DNA from: Chlamydiae bacterium RIFCSPHIGHO2_12_FULL_49_11 | Lineage (GTDB): Bacteria > Chlamydiota > Chlamydiia > Chlamydiales > 2-12-FULL-49-11 | DNA length: 13,523 bases | Assembly (NCBI GenBank): GCA_001794905.1 | Contig: MGLW01000033.1 | Coordinates: 1-13,523 of the forward strand | Direction of reading: 5' to 3' | Part shown: positions 6,546 to 13,523 of the stretch, in pieces | Layout: every line of letters begins with the position of its first letter | Position numbering within the stretch: position 1 is the stretch's first letter | The notes under the pieces: generated by a model | The model's database searches: none | Told to the model about the DNA's origin: nothing | The model's input: the letters and a program-made list of their open reading frames with translations, nothing else | Translations under genes and position numbers: made by a program

Positions 6546-8342
6546 CTAGAAATATTTTCCGATACGAAATAGACCTTCGTTTGTGACCGATTGAACTCCG
6601 TAAAACCCTTGATAAAGAAGAGAAAGCGACCAGTTATTGTTAAAGATAAAATCGATTTCAAATAAAGGCACAATGAAATTTTGTACACGTGTCAATGTTT
6701 CGACGGTAATGGTTCCGGTTGCTCCCGACAAACCGGCTGTGATTTTTCCGGTATTGAAGGGGGCTACGTTTTGATAGCTGAGCCCTTCTTTGACAATCAA
6801 AAGACCTATTTTTTTATAGTGGGTTTGATAACAAACGATTCCTGCTTGCGAAATCAGCATCGACGCGAATTTTTTCTTTACTTCATAATCGAATGCATTG
6901 GTTCCATGTTCATCGTAGGCTGGCTGAAACGTGAGGACGTAATCGAGCATTACAAAAGGTTCGATTCTGCCCCAATCAAAATTCAGGTCAACGCCTCCTC
7001 CGATGTGCGGGGTAAGAGATCCAGATACGTAGCGGCTCTTGGTTGTTCCCGAGTATCCTAAAAAGGAAATGTTGCGTTGGGTTTCCGTTTGGTTCGCAGT
7101 AGCCCAGAGCTGACCTTCGAAAAACCCGTATTTGAAACACATTTGACCATAGAGGGATGCGGCATACATATTAATGAAGCTTTTCCCCTGGCAGTCCTGG
7201 TTATGCACCGTGTTATACAAGTAGGCAAAAGAAATGCCGCCTTGTGCTTTGCGACTTAAGAAATAGTCGTAACCTAAAAGACCGCCTGCAGTAATAGTGT
7301 TAAATCCCGGATCTCCTTCCTGCGGATTTTGATAGGAAAATTCCGAAAGGGCGCTTGACCAAACGCCACGATGGGTATTTTCGCCCATTGGAGCAAACCG
7401 CAGAGACGATTTTTTTTCATAGCCGGTCGATGCACTTGTCCGGTTTGCTTTGTTATCTAAAAACGCCGATTTTGAAGAATGTTCGTACGGAGAATGTGAA
7501 AAAGTGCGCCCGGGCGAGAAAACATAGCGGGACTCTTCCAGAAGTGCAGTAGCTGCCGTATTGTAATTTGCAGCCCAGTTTAGAAGCCTCTCGTCGCCCA
7601 TATAATTCGATACTGTAGTGGCAAGCAGCTGCATCGCGCTTTGTGCCGTGTAGGTTGCAAATTCATTGCGGGAAGGATTGATGCGTTGTGCAGCAACGGT
7701 AAGGCTCGGATCCCACATGTTTGCTAGCAGCCCGTACACAGACCGTAAAAAGACGGTACCTCTATTTTCGATGATGTGTAAAAGCGCGCTGAGTGCATTT
7801 GGTGCATATTGTGCTGAATCGTGCAAAGTTATTATGAAGGAGTAACCATAATTTGTGTTACCTGTAATTGCGCCGGTAGCAAAAAAACCGGGAATGAGTG
7901 TTGATGAAGTGTCCCATTCGTATACATTGTATGTCAGTTTGGATTCATCCCCGTAGATCCCATAGAGGGCGGTTACGAGGATATAGCTAAAGCTCAGATT
8001 GTTACCGTAGTTCGAGCCGGAACTTAGGTCGAATGCACTCGACGTGCTGATCACAATCGTACCGCCATTAATTATGAAGGTGAACCCGGGATTGAGAAAC
8101 AAACTTGATGTATTGGCAACATAGCCGGAGGGGGCGACGGGCCAAGCCGTAGAATTCACCCACATAGTGGAGTTGGAATCCATTGTGATATTCTGGCTCC
8201 ATTCGAAAGTTTCAAAGGGATCAGCATCATACGTGAAGAATATGGGATAATACAGGCCATCAAAGTATGCGCCCGTTAAAAAATAATCCCATGCTGAAAG
8301 ATGGCATGCTATGATAATAAAAAAAATTCTCAGATATTTCAA
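6546..8342 (-). CDS. Autotransporter (type V) outer-membrane protein with short passenger and C-terminal beta-barrel
   Basis: Signal peptide MKYLRIFFIIIACHLSA-W (TTG start). Ser/Thr/Asn-rich passenger. Barrel motifs GVWSSAL, GGLLGYDY, YAASLYG, TQRNISF, IEPFVMLDY and a C-terminal beta-signal ending RIGKYF. Confidence 0.85.
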   Translation of the reverse strand: MKYLRIFFIIIACHLSAWDYFLTGAYFDGLYYPIFFTYDADPFETFEWSQNITMDSNSTMWVNSTAWPVAPSGYVANTSSLFLNPGFTFIINGGTIVISTSSAFDLSSGSNYGNNLSFSYILVTALYGIYGDESKLTYNVYEWDTSSTLIPGFFATGAITGNTNYGYSFIITLHDSAQYAPNALSALLHIIENRGTVFLRSVYGLLANMWDPSLTVAAQRINPSRNEFATYTAQSAMQLLATTVSNYMGDERLLNWAANYNTAATALLEESRYVFSPGRTFSHSPYEHSSKSAFLDNKANRTSASTGYEKKSSLRFAPMGENTHRGVWSSALSEFSYQNPQEGDPGFNTITAGGLLGYDYFLSRKAQGGISFAYLYNTVHNQDCQGKSFINMYAASLYGQMCFKYGFFEGQLWATANQTETQRNISFLGYSGTTKSRYVSGSLTPHIGGGVDLNFDWGRIEPFVMLDYVLTFQPAYDEHGTNAFDYEVKKKFASMLISQAGIVCYQTHYKKIGLLIVKEGLSYQNVAPFNTGKITAGLSGATGTITVETLTRVQNFIVPLFEIDFIFNNNWSLSLLYQGFYGVQSVTNEGLFRIGKYF

Positions 8343-8432
8343 ATCGCAGCCGGTATGAAAAATAAGGCTATTATGATACTATCTAAAAAAAATGCAAATC
8401 AATTTTTCAAGTTGCGAAGGGGCGGGCGTAGT

Positions 8433-8819
8433 ATGTCGTTGAAATTCAAAATGTGTGTCGGATCGATGGCGCTCTCCATGCTGGCGGCAGATGCCTTGCA
8501 ACGCTATGGTATGGTGATCCGCGTAAAACCGGAGATGGTCGCGGAGTATAAAAGGCTGCACAGTGACGTATGGCCTGAGGTGCTTTCTATCCTGGCTAGG
8601 CATCATGTGCGAAATTATTCCATTTTCCTGGCCGGCGGCCTCCTGTTCGGGTACTTGGAATACGATGGAGAAAATTATGCTCGTGACATGAAGGAAATTG
8701 CGGACGAAGAAATCACAAAAAGCTGGTGGAAATTAACCGATCCTTGCCAGGAGCCGTTCGGCTCGGTGAAGGGTAAGGAATGGTGGGCCCCCATGGAAGA
8801 AGTGTTTCATATGGACTAA
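8433..8819 (+). CDS. rhaM: L-rhamnose mutarotase family protein (RhaM/YiiL)
   Basis: Family signature EYKRLHSDVWPEV...RNYSIF...LFGYLEY...WW...MEEVFHMD. The start is uncertain (ATG 8433, ATG 8451 or TTG 8496). The 8301 start overlaps the divergent autotransporter and is rejected. Confidence 0.88.
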   Translation: MSLKFKMCVGSMALSMLAADALQRYGMVIRVKPEMVAEYKRLHSDVWPEVLSILARHHVRNYSIFLAGGLLFGYLEYDGENYARDMKEIADEEITKSWWKLTDPCQEPFGSVKGKEWWAPMEEVFHMD

Positions 8820-8882
8820 ATACCGAGTGCTTGATAAAAAATTCCGAATCCAATAACTGTCAGGTAAAGTACGGAGTAATTC

Positions 8883-9257
8883 ATGAAATCGAAAAAACGT
8901 TTGCATGTTGTAAAAGTTGTTCTCAGGGTGATCTCCATCCTCTTGATGGTATCGGGAACTGTCCTTTTCATCCTTGCTCTTACCATTTCAGGTCAAGTGG
9001 AAGAGGGGAAAGGAAAAGCGGATAAGGCGCAGAAGAATGTGAATACGGCAAGGCAGATCACATCCTCGAGTAGCTATACGAAAGATATCGGAGAAGCGGC
9101 AACAGACCCGATTCAACAGAAGATCAATGCGGGACGCCGCGACATTAAAAAATATGGCCAATTGGTACAAGTTTTTTACATCGTCGCCATCTGTACGGTC
9201 GGAACGGGCGTGCCCCTCTTTATCATCAGCTTTTTTCCCCGAAGAAAGAGAAAATAA
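8883..9257 (+). CDS. Small hypothetical membrane protein with two TM helices
   Basis: GGAG SD at 8873-8876. Basic N-terminus, TM1 (VISILLMVSGTVLFILALTI), charged helical loop, TM2 (VFYIVAICTVGTGVPLFIISFF) and basic tail RRKRK, consistent with the positive-inside rule. Confidence 0.75.
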   Translation: MKSKKRLHVVKVVLRVISILLMVSGTVLFILALTISGQVEEGKGKADKAQKNVNTARQITSSSSYTKDIGEAATDPIQQKINAGRRDIKKYGQLVQVFYIVAICTVGTGVPLFIISFFPRRKRK

Positions 9258-9280
9258 CTCGAAATTAGGCATTTCTTGAG
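9258..9280. terminator. Weak hairpin between convergent genes
   Basis: CTC-GAAAT-taggc-ATTTC-tt-GAG with A-rich flanks, which read as a U-rich tract after the stem on the minus strand. The stem is weak. Confidence 0.2.
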
Positions 9281-9300
9281 AAAAAGAAAATGACCGGATA

Positions 9301-9576
9301 TTATGGGTTTCTTGCTTGAGCGAAAAATCCGAGGGCAATGCTCACGGTCCATCCGCTCAGAGTGATGCTTTCTTCCCAGCTATGCCCTTGATATTGAGTG
9401 AGAGAGTACGTTGCTGCTCCCAAAAAGCAGCTTACGGTAAAATGAAAAACTTCGACAATGACATCATCAGAGCAGTGGTGCACAGCGTGAATCACACTTC
9501 GACCGGTATCGGACAGAGTCCTCTCCATCCGAAGGATGTGATCATAAATCCAAGACATAGGGTGAACCATTTCCAT
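9301..9576 (-). CDS. Small hypothetical protein with two hydrophobic C-terminal segments
   Basis: 91-aa ORF that fills the gap without overlap. Preceded by a promoter-like TTGCAA-17-TATATT ending 7 nt before the ATG. No family recognised. Confidence 0.5.
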   Translation of the reverse strand: MEMVHPMSWIYDHILRMERTLSDTGRSVIHAVHHCSDDVIVEVFHFTVSCFLGAATYSLTQYQGHSWEESITLSGWTVSIALGFFAQARNP

Positions 9577-9583
9577 GGCGAAA

Positions 9584-9612
9584 AATATACTTGATTTTCA
9601 TGCTTTTTGCAA
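9584..9612 (-). promoter_or_regulatory. Putative sigma70/sigma66 promoter TTGCAA-N17-TATATT
   Basis: -35 at 9612-9607, -10 at 9589-9584, ATG at 9576, no SD. Confidence 0.45.
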
Positions 9613-9615
9613 GAG

Positions 9616-10005
9616 TTAACATCCAGAGCCTGAGATAAGCACGGAGGGAACGAGGTCATCCGTGTTCAGGATGTAGGTGGTATCAGGGGCGATCTGAATC
9701 CAGCTTGTGTGCAGATCCGGGCTTTCTGAATCTTTTGTCCAAACCAGTACGCGGAAGTAGGCTGCTTTCAAAGTAGATGAAATGGGGACTTTTCCCCGGG
9801 TCTGAACCGGTTGCAGGGAGTCGGGGTTTTGCTTCATGCCGTGCATGAGGGCAATGTTATCGTCTTCCACTTCTTTGGCAGTGCCGGCCCATTGGATTGC
9901 CATTTCCGACTTTGGGTCGGGAGAAGGATACGCGGTCCGGTTGTCGAGAACGATGTTTTGTGCAAGACAGAGTGAGGTTGCCAGGAGAAGTAGCAGCATT
10001 TTCAT
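9616..10005 (-). CDS. Small secreted hypothetical protein (beta-rich)
   Basis: Clear signal peptide MKMLLLLLATSLCLA-Q. ATGA overlap with the amidase stop at 10002-10005. Confidence 0.7.
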   Translation of the reverse strand: MKMLLLLLATSLCLAQNIVLDNRTAYPSPDPKSEMAIQWAGTAKEVEDDNIALMHGMKQNPDSLQPVQTRGKVPISSTLKAAYFRVLVWTKDSESPDLHTSWIQIAPDTTYILNTDDLVPSVLISGSGC

Positions 10006-11189
10006 TCGAGGGTTTTTCCTTCTTGAGGGGTGCAGCGGGCATTTTCATTAATTTTGGGAGGTGTAAGAGGGTACTTTCCGCCGGCGCATAAAGTTTGTGT
10101 TTTGCCAACGCCGAGGAACGCTTTTTTGGGGATGTGGACGGTGACATTTTTAATCACGTTGACCGCTTCGGCAATCTCGAACTTGCCGATCATGCTCAGA
10201 AACTGGTAACTTTCCTGGGGGGACAACCCTTGGGTGCGCCCCAAGAAATCAATGGCATTTCGTGCTGCGATTTTCATTGCTTCAAAGAGGTCGCTGTGAA
10301 GCCCGGTGATCATCCAGTGGGTCGCATTTTCAATGATCGGCCATGTAAAGGCGTCGGTGCCGTTTCGCTTTGTTTTGTCGAGAACTCCTTGGGCTTTCAG
10401 GTCTTTATGAACAAAAAATTGCAGAACGATGGCTTCATAGGCGGTTTCCAGGGCGGTGACGTCGATTTCTCCCTCGCTTTGCATCGCGTGGGAATCACCC
10501 GTCCAGACCAGGGCTCCTTTGTGGAAAACGGGAACGAAAAGTACAGAGCCTGCCTGGAGTTCTGGTTGGTCCAGATTGCCGGCAAAGGGACCGGGCGGCA
10601 CCGAATTAAACTCTCCGTCGACCGGTCGGCCCATCACTTTTGGCAGATCTACAGGCCATTCGTTTGGCCAATCCGGGGGAGGGCAGGTAGCAATGATGCC
10701 CGGGAAGGGTTTGAGATGGAAGCAGACACCTTTTGCAAATTCAGTCGTGTTGTTTTTTTTATCGAACTTGAAATATTTGATTCTGGGCTTTGTAAATTCG
10801 GTTAAAATCCCTTGCGTTGGACTGAGGAAGTTATAACCCCAGTCGCTTAACCTGATTTCAAGCACGCGGATTTCGAGCACATCGCCGGGCTCTGCGCCTT
10901 CGATATACACGGGCCCGGTGAGGGAATGCATTCCGCGCCTTTTTTGAATGTCGTGCTTGATATAAAATTGTGCTATGTCGGCCGGAGTGGTTTTGTTGAA
11001 CACCATGGCGTGCAAACAACTGTTCCATGTTTCCAGAGATACCGTATCGCCGGAGTGGATTTTTACCACCGGCGGCTTGTTGACGGTGAAAAGGCCGAGC
11101 GTTGTCGTTTCGGAAGTTGCGGGCACGCGAAACGTTTCTCCGACAAGAAATGCGATCGGCATAACGAAGAAGAAAATACGTCGATCCAT
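10002..11189 (-). CDS. Acetamidase/formamidase (FmdA/AmdA) family protein with N-terminal export signal
   Basis: Family motifs HSLTGPVYIEGAEPGDVLEIRVL, PFPG, PPGPFAGNLD, GSVLFVPVFHKGALVWTGDSHAMQSEGEIDVTALE, AMKIAARNAIDFL. AGGAG SD just upstream of ATG 11189 favours this start over 11201. Confidence 0.9.
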   Translation of the reverse strand: MDRRIFFFVMPIAFLVGETFRVPATSETTTLGLFTVNKPPVVKIHSGDTVSLETWNSCLHAMVFNKTTPADIAQFYIKHDIQKRRGMHSLTGPVYIEGAEPGDVLEIRVLEIRLSDWGYNFLSPTQGILTEFTKPRIKYFKFDKKNNTTEFAKGVCFHLKPFPGIIATCPPPDWPNEWPVDLPKVMGRPVDGEFNSVPPGPFAGNLDQPELQAGSVLFVPVFHKGALVWTGDSHAMQSEGEIDVTALETAYEAIVLQFFVHKDLKAQGVLDKTKRNGTDAFTWPIIENATHWMITGLHSDLFEAMKIAARNAIDFLGRTQGLSPQESYQFLSMIGKFEIAEAVNVIKNVTVHIPKKAFLGVGKTQTLCAGGKYPLTPPKINENARCTPQEGKTLE

Positions 11190-11228
11190 TGCTCCTCTCA
11201 TATATTTTTGAGGAAATATGATGCAAGA

Positions 11229-12479
11229 TCAAAATAACGCAATGAGTCGCATTGTAAGGGCGGATGTGTTGGAGACGGTAGGGGCATTTCCGGGATTGGG
11301 AATGTAACTGAGCACAAATTGAAAGTAGGTCGATTTGTGGAGCTGTCCCTGGTAATAACTTTGTACCATGAATTCGGAGCGTCTTTCAAAGAGGCGGTGA
11401 TTTAGTTTTGACCATGCCATTCCCAACCCGAGCGAGTCATTGGGCCGTTTCGGGATGATAGCAAACGCGGTCAGGCCAAGGCCTCCGTAAAGAGTCACAT
11501 CGAGTGTTTTCGAATTGTTCCAGCCAAACTGGAAAAAGCCGGACAGGTTTCCCTGATTCACAGAGGAAGAATCTCCGGTCCAGAGGGCTTCTGAGCCGAA
11601 GGAGTAAATGCCGCCCGTACCGTTTTCCTGCTGCACTCCGGTTTGCAATCGTCCCGATTGGTACCATCCTCCCACGGCAAAAATGCCGGGTTTACGTCCG
11701 GCCCAGCCATGGCCGACTTCCATGATGGAAAAATAGTACCCGTTAAAATGGGGTCCGGTCAGTCCGGTTTGAACGCCGCGTGCCACGTTGCCGTCAAAAA
11801 AGCCGATGTTGACATAGTCTTGCCTTTTTGGGGCAATCGTAGCAACAACTCCGCAAACCGAGTTATAATAGCCTCCGATGGCACCGAGCAGGGTGGAGTT
11901 AACGAAGATCGGCGTATAAATGAGCCCGCTCACCGATGGGATTGAAACAGCCGGATGCATTGTCGGCACCGGTTTGGAGACGTTGTTGAAGTGGTATGTG
12001 GGCACGGTTTTCCCGATGCGGATGCTCAGCTTGTCATCGAAAAATCCTTGTCGAATCCAGAGTTGATATAGTTCCGAACGGTTTAGGGGAGGATCGCCCG
12101 GAAGGCTGTTATAGCCTTGGACAAGACCCGCATCGGCATTTGTCGGCTGCCCGTTAAATTGGAGAAATTCCATGCCGAAAAAACCGCCTTGCCACCGGAA
12201 AGCTTTGTTTAAATCAAGGGATAAATCAAGAATCAGAAGGCTATTGCCCGTCCAATGACCCTTTGCTACGGCCCCGTGTATGAGGGCGTTGCAGTCGCCC
12301 ATCCAAAGGCCGCCCAGACGGAAACCTGACGGGGGAGGTAGGTGTAAAAAGTTGCCGAGTGCTCCGGTACCGACGAGGACGTTTACGGCGCCCGGGTTTC
12401 CGCTGATGCCGTAACTCGACTCTTCAGCAGGCAGGAAACTTGCCGTCCATAGTAAGAAAAAAATAGCCGAAGCTTTCAC
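11229..12479 (-). CDS. oprB: Carbohydrate-selective porin, OprB family
   Basis: Signal peptide (GTG start). Motifs LDLSLDLNKAFRWQGG, ELYQLWIRQGFFDDKLSIRIGK, RPNDSLGLGMAW, EFMVQSYYQ, QFVLSYIPNPG, and a terminal Phe. Confidence 0.85.
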   Translation of the reverse strand: MKASAIFFLLWTASFLPAEESSYGISGNPGAVNVLVGTGALGNFLHLPPPSGFRLGGLWMGDCNALIHGAVAKGHWTGNSLLILDLSLDLNKAFRWQGGFFGMEFLQFNGQPTNADAGLVQGYNSLPGDPPLNRSELYQLWIRQGFFDDKLSIRIGKTVPTYHFNNVSKPVPTMHPAVSIPSVSGLIYTPIFVNSTLLGAIGGYYNSVCGVVATIAPKRQDYVNIGFFDGNVARGVQTGLTGPHFNGYYFSIMEVGHGWAGRKPGIFAVGGWYQSGRLQTGVQQENGTGGIYSFGSEALWTGDSSSVNQGNLSGFFQFGWNNSKTLDVTLYGGLGLTAFAIIPKRPNDSLGLGMAWSKLNHRLFERRSEFMVQSYYQGQLHKSTYFQFVLSYIPNPGNAPTVSNTSALTMRLIALF

Positions 12480-12540
12480 AACACATTATCTAAAATTATA
12501 ATTCTTTTTTCTACAATCGAAAACGTCTTTTACCGTGACA

Positions 12541-12569
12541 TTGACGAAGAAGTGGCATTCAGGTATCCT
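12541..12569 (+). promoter_or_regulatory. Putative sigma70/sigma66 promoter of rlmN, TTGACG-N17-TATCCT
   Basis: -35 at 12541-12546, -10 at 12564-12569, ATG at 12579, no SD. Confidence 0.55.
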
Positions 12570-12578
12570 TTTTCCATC

Positions 12579-13523
12579 ATGGATAGATTGCTTGCTTTTG
12601 ACCTGGCTCTTACCGATTGGGAAACATGGGTTCTCAAGGAAGGCTTTCCCCGCTTTCGTGCCAAGCAGATTTTTGAATGGATCTATCAAAAAAATGTTCT
12701 CGATCCCGACTCTTTCACTAATCTTTCTTTGCAAGACAGAAAAAGGTTGAAAGAAGCTTTTTCCTGGGAACCTTTTACCATTGATTCGGAGCTTCTCTCT
12801 CAAGACGGTAGCCGGAAAGTTCTTTTGAAAACAAGGGATAACCTCCTTATTGAAATGGTGATCATGCCGTACCACAACCGTATTACGCTGTGCTTGAGCA
12901 GTCAGGTGGGGTGCAAGATGGGGTGTACCTTCTGCCAGACCGGGAGGATGGGGTTGAAACGGAACCTTTCCTCGGGAGAAATTGTAGCCCAGATACTCAT
13001 TGCCAACCGCCTCCTCGAGGACCTCAAGATCACGAACGTCGTTTTTATGGGGATGGGGGAACCGCTCGATAACTATGATGCGACGATTAAAGCTTGCAGC
13101 ATCATGATTGACCTGGAAGGGCTCGGTCTTTCCAAAAATAAAGTAACGATCTCCACTTCGGGTCTTGTTCCCGAGATCGAGCGGCTCGGCCGGGAACTTC
13201 CGGTCCGCCTTGCCATATCATTGCACAATGCAGACAATGAAAAACGGAGCAAGCTGATGCCGATAGGGCGAAAGTACAGTCTGGATGCCTTGAAAAAAGC
13301 GCTTCTGAAGTATCCTGCCTCTGTGCGCTACGGCATTACTTTTGAATACGTTCTCATTGAAGGTGTGAATGACGCTCCCGAAGATGCAAAAAATCTGGTC
13401 CTGTTTTTGCACGGTTTGCCGGCCAAAGTGAACTTGATTCCGGTGAATGCTTTCCCGGGGGTCGATATCCGCCCTCCCACCGATGAGCGTATCCGTACTT
13501 TCCAAAGCTATTTGTCCGAGCGT
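12579..13523 (+). CDS. rlmN: Dual-specificity 23S rRNA (A2503-C2)/tRNA methyltransferase RlmN, radical SAM; 3' end lies outside the window
   Basis: Translated by hand (absent from the ORF track): MDRLLAFDL...FRAKQIFEWIYQK...TLCLSSQVGCKMGCTFCQTG (CxxxCxxC)...NVVFMGMGEPLDN...TISTSG...LAISLH...TFEYVLIEGVND...KVNLIPVN. The frame stays open to the window end. Confidence 0.95.
   Translation, partial: MDRLLAFDLALTDWETWVLKEGFPRFRAKQIFEWIYQKNVLDPDSFTNLSLQDRKRLKEAFSWEPFTIDSELLSQDGSRKVLLKTRDNLLIEMVIMPYHNRITLCLSSQVGCKMGCTFCQTGRMGLKRNLSSGEIVAQILIANRLLEDLKITNVVFMGMGEPLDNYDATIKACSIMIDLEGLGLSKNKVTISTSGLVPEIERLGRELPVRLAISLHNADNEKRSKLMPIGRKYSLDALKKALLKYPASVRYGITFEYVLIEGVNDAPEDAKNLVLFLHGLPAKVNLIPVNAFPGVDIRPPTDERIRTFQSYLSER

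Noticed and set aside
8883-9257. Chlamydial inclusion membrane (Inc) protein
   Set aside because: The two TM helices are about 60 residues apart, not the tight bilobed hydrophobic hairpin typical of Incs.
9316-9594. 92-aa plus-strand ORF
   Set aside because: Antisense to the 91-aa ORF, which has the better promoter and hydrophobic pattern. Neither is proven.
10095-10805. 236-aa plus-strand ORF
   Set aside because: Antisense shadow of the well-supported amidase, with no recognisable motifs.
12486-13505. Short ORFs at 12486-12875, 12535-12750, 12890-13072 and 13218-13505
   Set aside because: All are alternative-frame or antisense overlaps of rlmN.
12579-13523. Possible Cfr resistance methyltransferase
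   Set aside because: The LAISLH and TFEYV motifs are RlmN-type rather than the Cfr-type pattern as I recall it. A phylogeny would settle this.

Overview
A gene-dense bacterial window with 13 probable CDSs and no RNA genes, CRISPR array or recognisable mobile element. The gene styles suggest an environmental Chlamydiota (Parachlamydiales-like) genome, but that is inference only. Most products are envelope or secreted proteins. From left to right: a probably truncated beta-barrel-like gene (-); a coupled pair of secreted beta-propeller genes (TolB/PD40-like plus a Kelch-like protein, +); a low-GC 696-aa fusion gene (degenerate GT25 glycosyltransferase, ParB/Srx-like domain, possible NDK-like domain and Pol-beta-type nucleotidyltransferase); a chloramphenicol-phosphotransferase-like P-loop kinase; an autotransporter (-); an orphan L-rhamnose mutarotase; two small membrane proteins; a minus-strand cluster of OprB porin, signal-peptide-bearing acetamidase/formamidase and a small secreted protein; and rlmN, which the ORF track misses because it runs off the right edge. 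The most novel candidate is the low-GC fusion enzyme with its neighbouring kinase. Next are the porin/exported amidase cluster and a repeated leaderless-type promoter layout. All family calls come from motif recognition by eye; no searches were run.
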